DNA of 64,000 nt from an archaeon GW2011_AR15 (lineage in GTDB: Archaea > Nanobdellota > Nanobdellia > Woesearchaeales > GW2011-AR15), in assembly GCA_000830295.1 (NCBI GenBank), contig CP010425.1:640001-704000 (forward strand), read 5' to 3'. The stretch's first letter is position 1; each line of letters starts with the position of its first letter. A program made the position numbers and the translations under genes. Shown piece after piece: positions 19,188-29,800 of this stretch. The notes under the pieces are model-generated. The model worked only from the letters and a program-made list of their open reading frames with translations, was not told the DNA's origin and made no database searches.

Positions 19188-20483
19188 ATGGCCATGGATT
19201 ATATAACCGTCGAAGAGGCTCTGAAAAAGGGTGCAGGAAAAGTAAATCTGAGAGGATGGGTCTACAGGATAAGGATGTCCAACAAGTTTGTATTCATTGT
19301 TATGAGGGACCACACAGACATAATCCAGTGCGTTGTCAAAGCTGAAGACAAAAAATTATTCGAGGAAGCGTCAAAGCTGACAATGGAGTCTTCCCTTAAG
19401 GTTTCAGGAGAGCTGAAAAAAGATGAAAGGGCTCCGACAGGATACGAGCTTGGAGTTTCAGAACTCGAGGTCGTCCAGATAGCAGAACCCTTCCCTATAA
19501 CAAAAGATTTCTCTCCGGAATTCCTCCTTGACAACAGGCATCTGTGGATAAGGTCAAGGAAAATCAACGCAGTGCTGAAAATAAGGCACACTGTTACAGG
19601 AGCCATACATGGGTTTTTCAGGAGCAGGGGTTACTATGAATTTGACGCCCCGATATTCCAGCCGAACATGAGCGAAGGCGGCTCTACCCTGTTTGAAGTC
19701 AAGTATTTCAAGGACAAGGTCTACCTGAGCCAGTCATGGCAGCTCTATGCAGAGGCAGGGATTTTCTCGCTCGGAAAGATTTACAACATGAGCCCGACAT
19801 TCAGGTCAGAGAAATCCAAGACAAGCAGGCACCTTGCAGAGTTCTGGATGGCTGAGATGGAAGCTGCATGGATGAAGCTGGATGAGGTCACGGAAGTTGC
19901 AAAAGATGAGATAAGGTTCATCCTGAAAAAAGTCCTTGAAAACAACAGGAAAGAGCTGGAAATACTTGAGAGGGATGTAAGCCTTATAGAGAAATATGCA
20001 AAAGAGAAATACCCCACAATAAAATACGCAGAGGCCCTTGGCCTGCTGAACAAGACATATAAAATGGATGTTCCGTTTGGAAAAGACTTAAGGACAATTG
20101 AGGAAGCAAAAATAGCAGAGCATTTCAAGCTGCCTGTTGTTGTTACCCACTATCCGACTGAGATAATGGGCTTCTACAAGCCGCCAAACAGGGAAAATCC
20201 AAAAGAGGCGCTGTGCTTTGACATGCTTGCTCCTGAAGGATACTGCGAGATTATCGGCGGCTCTGAGAGGAACCTTGACATAAAGGATATGGAAAACAGG
20301 CTCAGGAAAGAAGGGGAAGACCCAAAGACATATGACTGGTATCTGGACTTAAGGAGATATGGCTCAGCCCCGCACTCAGGCTATGGGCTGGGTGTTGAAA
20401 GGGTTGTTGCATGGATATGCGGCCTAGACAACATCAAGGACGCCATACCTTTTCCGAGAACAATGTTGAGGAAAACACCCTAA
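19188..20483 (+). CDS. asnS: Asparagine--tRNA ligase
   Basis: OB-fold LRGWV, LSQSWQLY, FRSEKSKTSRHLAEFWM, EIIGGSER, PHSGYGLGVERVVAWI, IPFPR. Confidence 0.93.
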   Translation: MAMDYITVEEALKKGAGKVNLRGWVYRIRMSNKFVFIVMRDHTDIIQCVVKAEDKKLFEEASKLTMESSLKVSGELKKDERAPTGYELGVSELEVVQIAEPFPITKDFSPEFLLDNRHLWIRSRKINAVLKIRHTVTGAIHGFFRSRGYYEFDAPIFQPNMSEGGSTLFEVKYFKDKVYLSQSWQLYAEAGIFSLGKIYNMSPTFRSEKSKTSRHLAEFWMAEMEAAWMKLDEVTEVAKDEIRFILKKVLENNRKELEILERDVSLIEKYAKEKYPTIKYAEALGLLNKTYKMDVPFGKDLRTIEEAKIAEHFKLPVVVTHYPTEIMGFYKPPNRENPKEALCFDMLAPEGYCEIIGGSERNLDIKDMENRLRKEGEDPKTYDWYLDLRRYGSAPHSGYGLGVERVVAWICGLDNIKDAIPFPRTMLRKTP

Positions 20484-20591
20484 CCCTCGAACCACTTAAC
20501 GAAGTTAATGTGGTTCTTAGTCTGTTTCCTTCAACGCTTTCTTAAAGGGTTGATACCTTTCCCGAGAACAATGTTGAGGAAAACACCCTAA
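20445..20591. repeat. 39-bp direct repeat of the asnS 3' end (20445-20483 and 20553-20591) flanking a 69-bp double-hairpin insert
   Basis: atacctttTccgagaacaatgttgaggaaaacaccctaa versus atacctttCccgagaacaatgttgaggaaaacaccctaa (38/39 identical). Confidence 0.92.
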
Positions 20592-20647
20592 TGCAGCACC
20601 GGAAAACACCGTAACACATATATACCTCATTTGACACAAAAAAACTG

Positions 20648-22057
20648 ATGAGAAGAAAGTCACAGGTCGCAGTGTTTGTAATTGTCGGCCTTCTTATTGT
20701 TGTCTTTGTCTCAATATTAATTTCTGTGAAGAATATTTCACTTGGCAGGGAGAGTGCAGATGCCAAGCTGTTTTCAGCCAACAGGGACAGGCTTCAGAGA
20801 TTCCTTGACGAATGCACAGAGAATGCAGCAGTAAGGTCCAATGTAGCATATGGCATGAATAAGCAGAGCAGGCAGGAGTATGAATCGTATTTTGAGAATG
20901 AGCTGCACACATGCATGCAGAACCTTGTTTCAACATTTGAAGAGCAGGCGCTGGTTATAGGGCTTGGCGCTCCGTCAGCAGAGACGCAGATTAATGAAGA
21001 TAATATTGTTTTCAGCATAAATTATCCTATAAGCCTGTCAAATAAAGAGCTTAGCTATGAAATTGCGGACTACACATATATTTTTGACAAGACGCACACT
21101 GTTGCCATTGAGAAAGAAAAGCCGATGCTGTCTTCAGATGAGCTTGTAAATATCTATGCAGACGAAGATACAAAGCTGGCGGATATAAAAAACAGCCGGG
21201 CATCAGAAATCACAATAAAGGTCTTTGACAAAAGAGAGCTTCCCGAGAACGCCAATCTCCTTGGAAACCTTGGGTATGGCATCAGCCCGGGCAATTATTT
21301 TGCCAATGATACAATAGAGCTTTCTTTTTTTGCTGAAGAGCTTGGGTTTGAAAGCACAGAAGGCCTGTACATAGCATGGTGGTCCCATCATGGCCAGGAA
21401 TGGGGTCTGCTGCCGACCACAATTGATAACGGGATAATGAAAGCAAGGACAAGATACCTTACTTATTACGGAGTCATGAGGTGGATTCAGGCGCCGGAGA
21501 TTGAAGAAGAGGAAGAGGCCCCCCAGTCAGCCATCACAGTCCCGCCTGACCCGCCACATAACGACATCATAGTGTACGGGGGAGATGTGCTCAGCATATT
21601 CAACAGTATAAGACAGGATATGGGCGGGACATATGGGCTCAGCCTTAACCCGAAATGCGTGGAGCCGCCTTTCATATCCACGAATGCAATATGCAGGACA
21701 GGCTATTCGCCGCAGTGCGGACTGACAGCAGTCCACTGCAAAGTCAACAGGCTGGGCTCGACAGACATCAATATTTTATTCAGGCACGAGATAGTCCATA
21801 ACCTCCAGCAGCTCAACGGGGGGTGCGGCAATTCAGTAAGGACAGAATGGGGGGCTGAGTATATCTCTGGCAGCACGTATTATACATTCAAATTAAACAA
21901 CCAGCCGGTAACAGCCCAGCAGATTGCCGGCCTAATGGAAGAAAGGAACTGCACAGGGCAGGAATTGAGAGACGCTGCTTTATGCAGGCCAGGCTCCTAT
22001 GAACGGCTTGCAGCAAAAGGCTGCCTGCTTGCAGGCAATGACGTAGCAACGTGGTAA
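20648..22057 (+). CDS. Pilin-like protein with C-terminal HExxH metallopeptidase-like domain
   Basis: MRRKS|QVAVF plus hydrophobic helix; acidic/Pro linker; FRHEIVHNLQQ...TEWGAE. Confidence 0.75.
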   Translation: MRRKSQVAVFVIVGLLIVVFVSILISVKNISLGRESADAKLFSANRDRLQRFLDECTENAAVRSNVAYGMNKQSRQEYESYFENELHTCMQNLVSTFEEQALVIGLGAPSAETQINEDNIVFSINYPISLSNKELSYEIADYTYIFDKTHTVAIEKEKPMLSSDELVNIYADEDTKLADIKNSRASEITIKVFDKRELPENANLLGNLGYGISPGNYFANDTIELSFFAEELGFESTEGLYIAWWSHHGQEWGLLPTTIDNGIMKARTRYLTYYGVMRWIQAPEIEEEEEAPQSAITVPPDPPHNDIIVYGGDVLSIFNSIRQDMGGTYGLSLNPKCVEPPFISTNAICRTGYSPQCGLTAVHCKVNRLGSTDINILFRHEIVHNLQQLNGGCGNSVRTEWGAEYISGSTYYTFKLNNQPVTAQQIAGLMEERNCTGQELRDAALCRPGSYERLAAKGCLLAGNDVATW

Positions 22058-23365
22058 TCAGTATAAGAACATATCCGGAGTCAGCCTTTCGTTTATCTCT
22101 CCCCTGAGATTTTTTGTCAGCAGCTCTTTAGTTTCTTTTTTGCTGTAATTTGAGAGCAGCCATGCGAGCTTTATGAACGTTGTTTCAGGGGTCATGTCAG
22201 AATAGTTTCCCAGGACCCCGACTGTCTGAAGCTGCCTTGCAGGCGCATAGACATTCATCTGTAGCTTCCCGTATATGGTCTGCGGTGACATTGCGACAAC
22301 TGTGCCGTCATCAACAAGCTTCTTTATTGCCTTGAATATCTTGGTGTGCTCTTTTGTGTATTCATCAATCTCTGAGACAGGCATCTGGCCAAGCCCCGTG
22401 CCCTCCAGGACAAGCCCGTCAAATCCTGAATAGAATTCAATTTCTTCTGCATACATATTCGGATGGGCTTTCAATATCCCGACTTTTATATCAGGCTTCA
22501 TAAGCCTGACTTTAAGATCCCCGTAGCCCCTTATCTTATAATCCTTTTTCAGGAATTCAATCCTGTCTCCCCCATAATAGACCCTGGCTATCACGCTGGC
22601 ATTAACAGGCTTGAATGCATCCCTTCTTGAAGTGTGCAGCTTCCTTGATTTTGCTGCAGGCAGTATGTTACAGAAATCATCGCTTATTGAGCCGTGCATG
22701 CATATTGCAACCCCGCTGAAATCACTCTTTAATATGAACCTTGCGGCGCATATAAGGTTCATGCCCGCATCTGTGCTCCCCCTGTCAGAAGACCTCTGCG
22801 CTCCAACCAGGATGACCGGAATCCCGAGGTCTTCCAGCATAAATGCAAGTGCAGCAGATGAATAATGGAGGGTGTCTGTGCCATGGGTTATTATCACTCC
22901 TGAAACGCCTTTTTTCACTTCTTTCTCAACGTCTTTTGCCATGAGATTATAGTGCGCAAACCTCATATCCTCAGACCACATGTTCCTCATCAGCCTGCTG
23001 TTTATGTTTGCCATTTCCCCCAGCTCCGGGAACTGTGCCAGGATTTCCTCAGGTGTAAATCTTGAAATCACTCCGCCAGTCTGGTAATCAACCTTGGAGG
23101 CTATTGTCCCCCCGGTATGGAGTATGGATATTACAGGCAGGCCTTTTTTGCTCTCTTTTTTCTTCTTTTTGCCCTTTGCAGGGGTATGTTTCTTCAATAC
23201 CTTCACTTTCTCTATTTTTTTCTTTGCTATCCCCATATTATAGCCATTAGCGAGCTTCAGAATAAGGGAATCTGTTTTTGACAGTTCAGGCGAGGGCATC
23301 ACCACTCCGGTGAATATCTCGTTCTTTGTCGTGACTTCAACCCTGTCACCTGGCTTATAGCTCAT
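22058..23365 (-). CDS. gatD: Glu-tRNA(Gln) amidotransferase subunit D
   Basis: LKLANGYNMG, TGGTIASKVDY, HGTDT, GAQRSSDRGS, KLHTSRRDAF; likely start MSYKPGD at 23365. Confidence 0.95.
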   Translation of the reverse strand: MSYKPGDRVEVTTKNEIFTGVVMPSPELSKTDSLILKLANGYNMGIAKKKIEKVKVLKKHTPAKGKKKKKESKKGLPVISILHTGGTIASKVDYQTGGVISRFTPEEILAQFPELGEMANINSRLMRNMWSEDMRFAHYNLMAKDVEKEVKKGVSGVIITHGTDTLHYSSAALAFMLEDLGIPVILVGAQRSSDRGSTDAGMNLICAARFILKSDFSGVAICMHGSISDDFCNILPAAKSRKLHTSRRDAFKPVNASVIARVYYGGDRIEFLKKDYKIRGYGDLKVRLMKPDIKVGILKAHPNMYAEEIEFYSGFDGLVLEGTGLGQMPVSEIDEYTKEHTKIFKAIKKLVDDGTVVAMSPQTIYGKLQMNVYAPARQLQTVGVLGNYSDMTPETTFIKLAWLLSNYSKKETKELLTKNLRGEINERLTPDMFLY

Positions 23366-23482
23366 GCAAATCACTAGGAGCCTGCACTTAATAAATTTTA
23401 TCAAAAAACAGGGAAATAGAGAGGACAAAGGGGGTTTTTTACCAAAAACTATATAAAACGAATTCCCGCCATCCATTATACT

Positions 23483-24001
23483 ATGAAAAAGAGGGGACAG
23501 GTTGCTGTAGAGTATATAATGATAGTCGCAATCTCCCTGTTCATAATTCTGCCTGGAATCTATTTTTTCAGGAACTTTGCATTTGAATCAAATGACCGGG
23601 TCCTGCAGTCAAGGGTAGCCGACATATCCGGCCAGCTACTTTCTCTTGGGAAGGAGATGTATTACTATGGTCCTCCTTCAAAATCAGTCAAGATCCTTGA
23701 GATGCCAGATCAGGTCAACAGGATGTATGTGCTGACATCTGCGGACAATACAGAATACTACCTTGTTTTTGAAATCCTGACAACATCCGGGCCAGAAAGC
23801 GTGCTTTTTGAGGCAGATTATCCTATAGAGCCGCTGGAGACAGCGGCAGCATGCGACGTGGCATGCCAGGGAATCTGCGATTGCTTTCCAGAGAGATACT
23901 ATTCAAGGGGGCCCAAGAATTTTGCAGTTGAGGCATCAAGCAGCTGCGATACAGCAGATCTCTGCGTCCTCATAGGTGAAGTGTCTCCGGAGCTGGGCTG
24001 A
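23483..24001 (+). CDS. Pilin-like protein (canonical class III signal peptide)
   Basis: MKKRG|QVAVEY (+1 Q, +5 E) followed by a hydrophobic helix. Confidence 0.85.
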   Translation: MKKRGQVAVEYIMIVAISLFIILPGIYFFRNFAFESNDRVLQSRVADISGQLLSLGKEMYYYGPPSKSVKILEMPDQVNRMYVLTSADNTEYYLVFEILTTSGPESVLFEADYPIEPLETAAACDVACQGICDCFPERYYSRGPKNFAVEASSSCDTADLCVLIGEVSPELG

Positions 24002-24594
24002 TGCAGAAGAAATCCCAGGTTATAAGCATGGATTTTATAATGACCTTCGTGATGTACCTTTTTGCCATCTCAATATTTTTTTTCGCTCTGAAAGATGCTC
24101 TTGCAGGAGAGCCTAAGCTGAGTGTAAAGCCAGAGACGGTATTCAGCAAATTCACAGGCTCAGAACTGCTGTTCAACAAGCTAAGCAACGTATATGATGA
24201 GGATTACGGCTTCCTGGAATCATCCAGGATAAGCAGTAATTTCAATACGCTTATGACGAAATATGAGCCCATGGTCGGATATGAGCTTTATTTCAAGGAC
24301 TTCGACAATCCAGCCTTCCTCAAGATTGACTACTGCATCTTCCTTGAGGAAATTAGCGGGCAGAATAAGAAAGTGCTCAGGAATTTTGCAGCATGGGAAG
24401 ATACCAGCCACGAATACTCCGCCCAGATAATGCAAGGAGTAGAGTGCGGAACTGATTATGATATGCAGTACACAAATGCAAAACCCTCCTGCAGTTCAAG
24501 AGATACAGATTCGCTGCTGCTTGCAAAGCCGGTGCTCTACAGCGGAAAGATTGTCCACCTTAAGGTGCTGATGTGTGCTGAAAAGCGCGGATAG
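24001..24594 (+). CDS. Pilin-like protein
   Basis: MQKKS|QVISMDF followed by a hydrophobic helix. Confidence 0.8.
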   Translation: MQKKSQVISMDFIMTFVMYLFAISIFFFALKDALAGEPKLSVKPETVFSKFTGSELLFNKLSNVYDEDYGFLESSRISSNFNTLMTKYEPMVGYELYFKDFDNPAFLKIDYCIFLEEISGQNKKVLRNFAAWEDTSHEYSAQIMQGVECGTDYDMQYTNAKPSCSSRDTDSLLLAKPVLYSGKIVHLKVLMCAEKRG

Positions 24595-24597
24595 AAA

Positions 24598-25128
24598 ATG
24601 GGAAAAAAAGCATATATATTCATGATAGACGGGATATTCGCGCTTGTCATTCTTATAATAGGGTTCATGGTGATATCATCAAAAGCCGCTCCCGACCTCT
24701 CAGAGACCACCCTGCTGCTGACAGCTGAGAATGTGGTTGATGTGCTCTCTACAGTCAAGGTAGATGAGCTCTGCTCAGGATGCAGCTGCCAGCAGTATCC
24801 CCTGCTGTCAGGCTACTGCTCTGGCGGGGATGTCAAGAACAGTGACCAGACATTATACGATTATTTTGGCGAGCTTTACTACAGGGGAAAAATAACTGAT
24901 GCAGGCAATCTATTTTCAAATATTACAGGAAGCTTCTACAGGAAAGAACTGTTCGGAGTGCAGCTTGTCATAGATCGCCAGAATATCTATAGCGACCAGG
25001 GAAAAGCCGAGAGCGAGGAACTAATATCAAGAAAAAAAGTCATTTTCGGCTTCTATGAGGAAAAAAGTACAGGTGTTGTCAGATTCTGGGGGCCGTATGT
25101 CCTTGAGGTGAATGTATGGTCAAGATGA
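24598..25128 (+). CDS. Pilin-like protein
   Basis: MGKKA|YIFMIDG plus hydrophobic helix; C-terminal GPYVLEVNVW strand. Confidence 0.8.
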   Translation: MGKKAYIFMIDGIFALVILIIGFMVISSKAAPDLSETTLLLTAENVVDVLSTVKVDELCSGCSCQQYPLLSGYCSGGDVKNSDQTLYDYFGELYYRGKITDAGNLFSNITGSFYRKELFGVQLVIDRQNIYSDQGKAESEELISRKKVIFGFYEEKSTGVVRFWGPYVLEVNVWSR

Positions 25129-25901
25129 AAAAATCAGTATTTTTCTCCATAATGAGCGTTTTCATAGTCATACTGTTCGTAGCATTTGTAGAGCTTTCAA
25201 ATATTTATGTTGCCCAGGAAACAGAGCTGGAGCTGACCAGAAGGAGGGTCAATATCATAAATTCAGTCATTTCAGACATGGAGGATACATATTTTGAGAA
25301 GATAATATATGCATCAGCCAAAAGCTCCCTTATAGGGCTTTCAGATTATTATGCGGATGGCGGATTCTCTGAAAACAGGATAAAAAAGCGTCTTGATTCT
25401 GCTCTTGAAGATGTAATCTACAACGGTACTCTGAAGGATACAGACGGAAACACTGTGGCCAACCTTGTATCGGCAGGGTATATTGGTGCGAATTATACTC
25501 TACAGTCCCTTTCCGGAAATGTGGAAGAGGTATTTAATGACCTTGGGCTTGAGGTAAACCAGTTTGAGATAGAGCTAAACAGGGAGAGCCTGAGACAAAA
25601 AGACCCATGGACAATGGAGCTGCAGGCAGATATAACATATGATCTGAGGGACAGGACAGGGCTTGCATCGTGGAAAGGCAGGACAACAAAGACAGTTGAC
25701 ATTACAGTTTACGGATTGTATGCATTTGACTATGAAAACGGGCAGAAATCAAACACAGGCGTCATAAAAAATACATGGAAAGTGGATAATTCACCCTACA
25801 CTGAGCCTTCTATCCTCAGCAAGCTTAGCGGCCAGTCAGTGCCGAACAGCGGACTGGGGATATGCTCACCGGGTTTCAATTGCGAGCAGGCGGGTATCTA
25901 A
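25125..25901 (+). CDS. Pilin-like protein
   Basis: MKKS|VFFS plus hydrophobic helix; ATGA overlap at 25125. Confidence 0.75.
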   Translation: MKKSVFFSIMSVFIVILFVAFVELSNIYVAQETELELTRRRVNIINSVISDMEDTYFEKIIYASAKSSLIGLSDYYADGGFSENRIKKRLDSALEDVIYNGTLKDTDGNTVANLVSAGYIGANYTLQSLSGNVEEVFNDLGLEVNQFEIELNRESLRQKDPWTMELQADITYDLRDRTGLASWKGRTTKTVDITVYGLYAFDYENGQKSNTGVIKNTWKVDNSPYTEPSILSKLSGQSVPNSGLGICSPGFNCEQAGI

Positions 25902-26816
25902 ATGAGAAAAAAATCAAGAAAAGCCCAGATATCGTTTGAATTCATAATGATATTCAGCCTCATATTCATTATGCTCACCGGCTTCATCTATATCATCAAC
26001 CAGAGGCTTACGGAGCTTGGTGGGCAGAGGGAGCAGGCAACCATGAAAAACCTGGTTGACAACATAATAAATGAGATAGTGCTGGCATCCTCTGTCAACA
26101 ACAACTACATAAGAAGATTTGACCTTCCTGTGAAGCTTGACGGAAGGGATTACAGGCTCTCCCTGGACAGCAGCGAAATAACAGTGGAGGTGCTTGAGAA
26201 CGGGAATGTGGTTTCTGATTATTTTGCAGTTTCCCCTGTTGACGTCAAGGGAGGGTTTATAGAGGATATAGAGGTAAATACAGTCTCCCACTGCATAACA
26301 AAAAGCAACCTGGACGGGGTGAGGATATCAAGGAATCAGGCCAGCATTGATACCAATATTACAGAGCTGGGACAGGGAGAGATGTTTGATGTCTTTGTCA
26401 GCATAAACTGCGTTGAGGATGTGAAAAGCGCCAGCTTTACTGTAAGGTATGACCCTGCCAAGTTAATATTGCAGGCAGCAGAGCCTATAATCGCAGCAGA
26501 CCCGGAATATAAATCCCTTAATCCTCTTTTTGAAAGCTATACAGTCATATACAATTATGAGGGCACAGACGCAATAAATGAGGCCATAGGACGGTTCACT
26601 TACGGGTATATAGGCACTGAATGCGTAACCGGCTCCGGAAACCTGGCGAAGCTGAGCTTTGAGGTCAAGGATAATGCAGAATTGGGCGAAACATATATTG
26701 AGTTTGACCCGACATACGAGGAGAACATAAGGCTGCTGGACTGCAATACTGACAAATTCACAGAGGAAGACCTGCCGGATTCCAGGAATAATGCCGAGAT
26801 TGAGATAACAAATTAA
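25902..26816 (+). CDS. Pilin-like protein with C-terminal cohesin domain
   Basis: RKA|QISFEF signal; cohesin pattern GEMFDVFVSIN..DVKSASFTVRYDPAKL...GSGNLAKLSFEVK...GETYIEF at ~26365-26810. Confidence 0.8.
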   Translation: MRKKSRKAQISFEFIMIFSLIFIMLTGFIYIINQRLTELGGQREQATMKNLVDNIINEIVLASSVNNNYIRRFDLPVKLDGRDYRLSLDSSEITVEVLENGNVVSDYFAVSPVDVKGGFIEDIEVNTVSHCITKSNLDGVRISRNQASIDTNITELGQGEMFDVFVSINCVEDVKSASFTVRYDPAKLILQAAEPIIAADPEYKSLNPLFESYTVIYNYEGTDAINEAIGRFTYGYIGTECVTGSGNLAKLSFEVKDNAELGETYIEFDPTYEENIRLLDCNTDKFTEEDLPDSRNNAEIEITN

Positions 26817-26849
26817 AAAAATTTATATACCTACGGGGTTGAATTAAAT

Positions 26850-29800
26850 ATGTCAAATATGGGAGAGAGGGTTTATAGAGGTGAATTAAAGGTTGTTCTC
26901 TTATTTCTTATATTTATATTTATGTTCCTTCAGACACCAGAATTTAGTTATTCTTTGACCTGTGGTGGAATAAATGATGGTTCAGAATGCTGGTCTGATC
27001 TGCAGTGCAGCGGTGGGGAAAAGTGTGTGCCCGCAGGAGGAGGACTCTGTAAATGTGCAAAAGACGATAGTGGCGGAGGAAATCCGCCCCCGCCACCACC
27101 GCCGCCACCTGTCTGCGGGGACGGCTCTGTAAACCAGGGATGGGAAGAGTGTGATGGCGGCACCAGCCCGTGCGGAGTTTTTGCATCAGGATGCTCGTCA
27201 TGCATATGCAGCTATTATAATGCTTCTCTAAAGAATCTTGCTGCAACAACCCCATGTGTAAGCAATGAGGCAAGCTCAAAGCAGTTTACTGTATCAGGAA
27301 GGAGCCAGTACTGCGGAAACATAAACATAACAGTCAATTACCAGGGGCAGAAGCAGTCCTTCGTGGTAACCGGCAGCACATATTCAGATTACACATTTAG
27401 CCATGTTTTTACAATCCCCGGCTCAGTTGCACTTCCCCCTTCCCAGCAGATAACAGTTGATATAAACGGCAACAGGAACCAGATAAAGAATGCAAAAGAC
27501 GGGGTGACCTATGACTGCTCTGAAACACTAGACCTTGATTTAACATATATGAACTTCTTTTATTGTCCGGACCCGGAAGAGAGCATCAATCAGAATATCT
27601 TTGACTTTTATGACGGAAGCAATTACTACACTTTCTACGGCGGGAACACAGAATACCAGTGGGATGAATGCGTAAGCAACCAGGCAACCACAGCATGCGC
27701 ATCCCAGCCAACATACTGTGTCATGACCAACGGAGGCCAGCGTGCTCCAAATACTGCAGTAAACGGGGATGGAGAGCCAGAGGTAGAAGTGTGCTATTCA
27801 ACAGCAGGGATACAGGGAGGATGGCTTGATGCTGATGTCAATGGGGCAACATGCAATCTTATCTCAGGCTCAAAATGGTTCAGCTGCTCAAACCCAAGCC
27901 AGTGCGAAAATGCAGTGGATGATTTCGACAGCAGCCCGGCAACAGGATTATGCTGCGGCGATGATGCAGTGGAGAATGTAAGGGAGACAAAATCAAAAAT
28001 AAACGGCCAGTATGTAAAAAATAATAACGGAACAGACAAGGTTTACTCAGCATGCTGCCTTGGCGGCCAGACATGCGTAGATGAATTCGGCACATGCAGG
28101 GGAGAAGGAGAGGATTACTGCACCTCAACAGGAGGCGTACGGGCCACCTGCACAGCAGGAGAATGGCAATTAACCCTGGATGACTCATGCCAGAGCGGCT
28201 GCGAGGTCTGCGATATAAACCAGGACGGGGAAGTGGATGAGATTGATATAACAGCTATAGACAACAACAAGGCACCTGCCCCATATGACCCTGTATATGA
28301 TGTCACGCAGGACGGGGAAGTGGATAATTCAGATGTTAATCTCTGCAGCAGCCTGAACCAGCTTGTGTGCTATACCTGCGGAGATAATATATTGCAATCA
28401 GAAGAGGCATGCGAAGAGGTCAACGGCAACCTGCAGTTCAACTGCGCTCAATATGTCCACAGCACAGACCCCAATAATTATACAGTATATCCAAGAATTG
28501 ACACCTGCACTACAGGGTTCTGCTCCTGCCAGTACGAGACAGAGCCTACATGCGACCTTGATGTATACTCAGGCCCTGGAGCATGCGAAACAGACAATGA
28601 CTGTTCAGGAAACCAGGTCTGCAACCCGGGCAGCTGCGGCTGTGTTGATTACATTCCGGGAGAAGAGCTTTCAGTGCATGTATATGATACAGACTGCTCA
28701 TACAGGTTCTGTGTGAGCGGGGACTCAACCAGCAGCCACAGTGTAGAGGGATATATAGAAACTGACACAAACTTTACCACATTTTCAACACAGTATTTTG
28801 ACAGCAACGACAATGTCGCAATTACTTCAGGAGATTCAAGGCTTGAGTTTGAAATCAATGTAGAAGGCGGAGAATCCTGCATTGTTTTTGACACAGACGG
28901 AAAAGTTGAGACAGACTTCACATATGACGGAAATGACCCGTCACTGGCAACAGTCTATTTTGAGCCTTCAGAAACCCATCCAGCAGCATTGCCATTTGAA
29001 TTCAGCACTTCTCCTACAAACACATGCAGGCTGTGCATACCAACCCAGGACACAGAAACTATTCTGGATGACGGCCTGGACAATGACTGCGACGGCATGT
29101 TTGACGAGCCTGAATTTGATGGATATGGGGCCTATTTATGGGAAGCAAACTGTGATTACTTCATGTGCGTATATGGTGATGATACACAGGATTACACAAC
29201 GTCAGGAGACGTGTCAGGGGAAGGCACATTTACAAGGCTAAGGGGCACAAGCTGGGAAGCTGAAGATTCATACAGCCTTAGCACAGGAAACCAGAGCCTT
29301 TCATTCAACTCAGAGCTTTCTTCAGGGGTTGACTGCCTGATATACAATTATGACGAGCTTGCTTCATACAATCTGGAACTTGAAGGCACAGGCGACAGGG
29401 AGAAGATATATCTTGACCAGAAAAAACAGAATCCATTTACAGAGCCGTTCCAGTATGCTGCTCCACAGTGCGCAATGTCCTGCGCACTTCCTGAAGAATG
29501 CGGAGACCCTTCAGTAATAGGCAATATTAACTGTGGCTATGAGATGTGTATATTTGACTGTGGAGGATACTGGGTTGATGAAACTTCAGTCTGGGACCTG
29601 ATGTTCGGAAACCAGAATCCAGGGGATTACTGCGAGACATGCGTACAGAACACCCAGTGCTCAGATTATACAAATGAAGAATCATGCTATTATGACTCAT
29701 GCAGTGCAGCATCAACATACTTCGGATGCAGCTGGAATGAGACATCACAGACCTGCGGGGATGCATTTAATGAATGCGCTCCTGGAGAGACACTGTGCAG

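Noticed and set aside
20484-20552. Integron attC site (AAC...GTT core)
   Set aside because: The AAC/GTT hairpin is far shorter than an attC, there is no cassette ORF between units and no integrase in view; kept only as a structural note.
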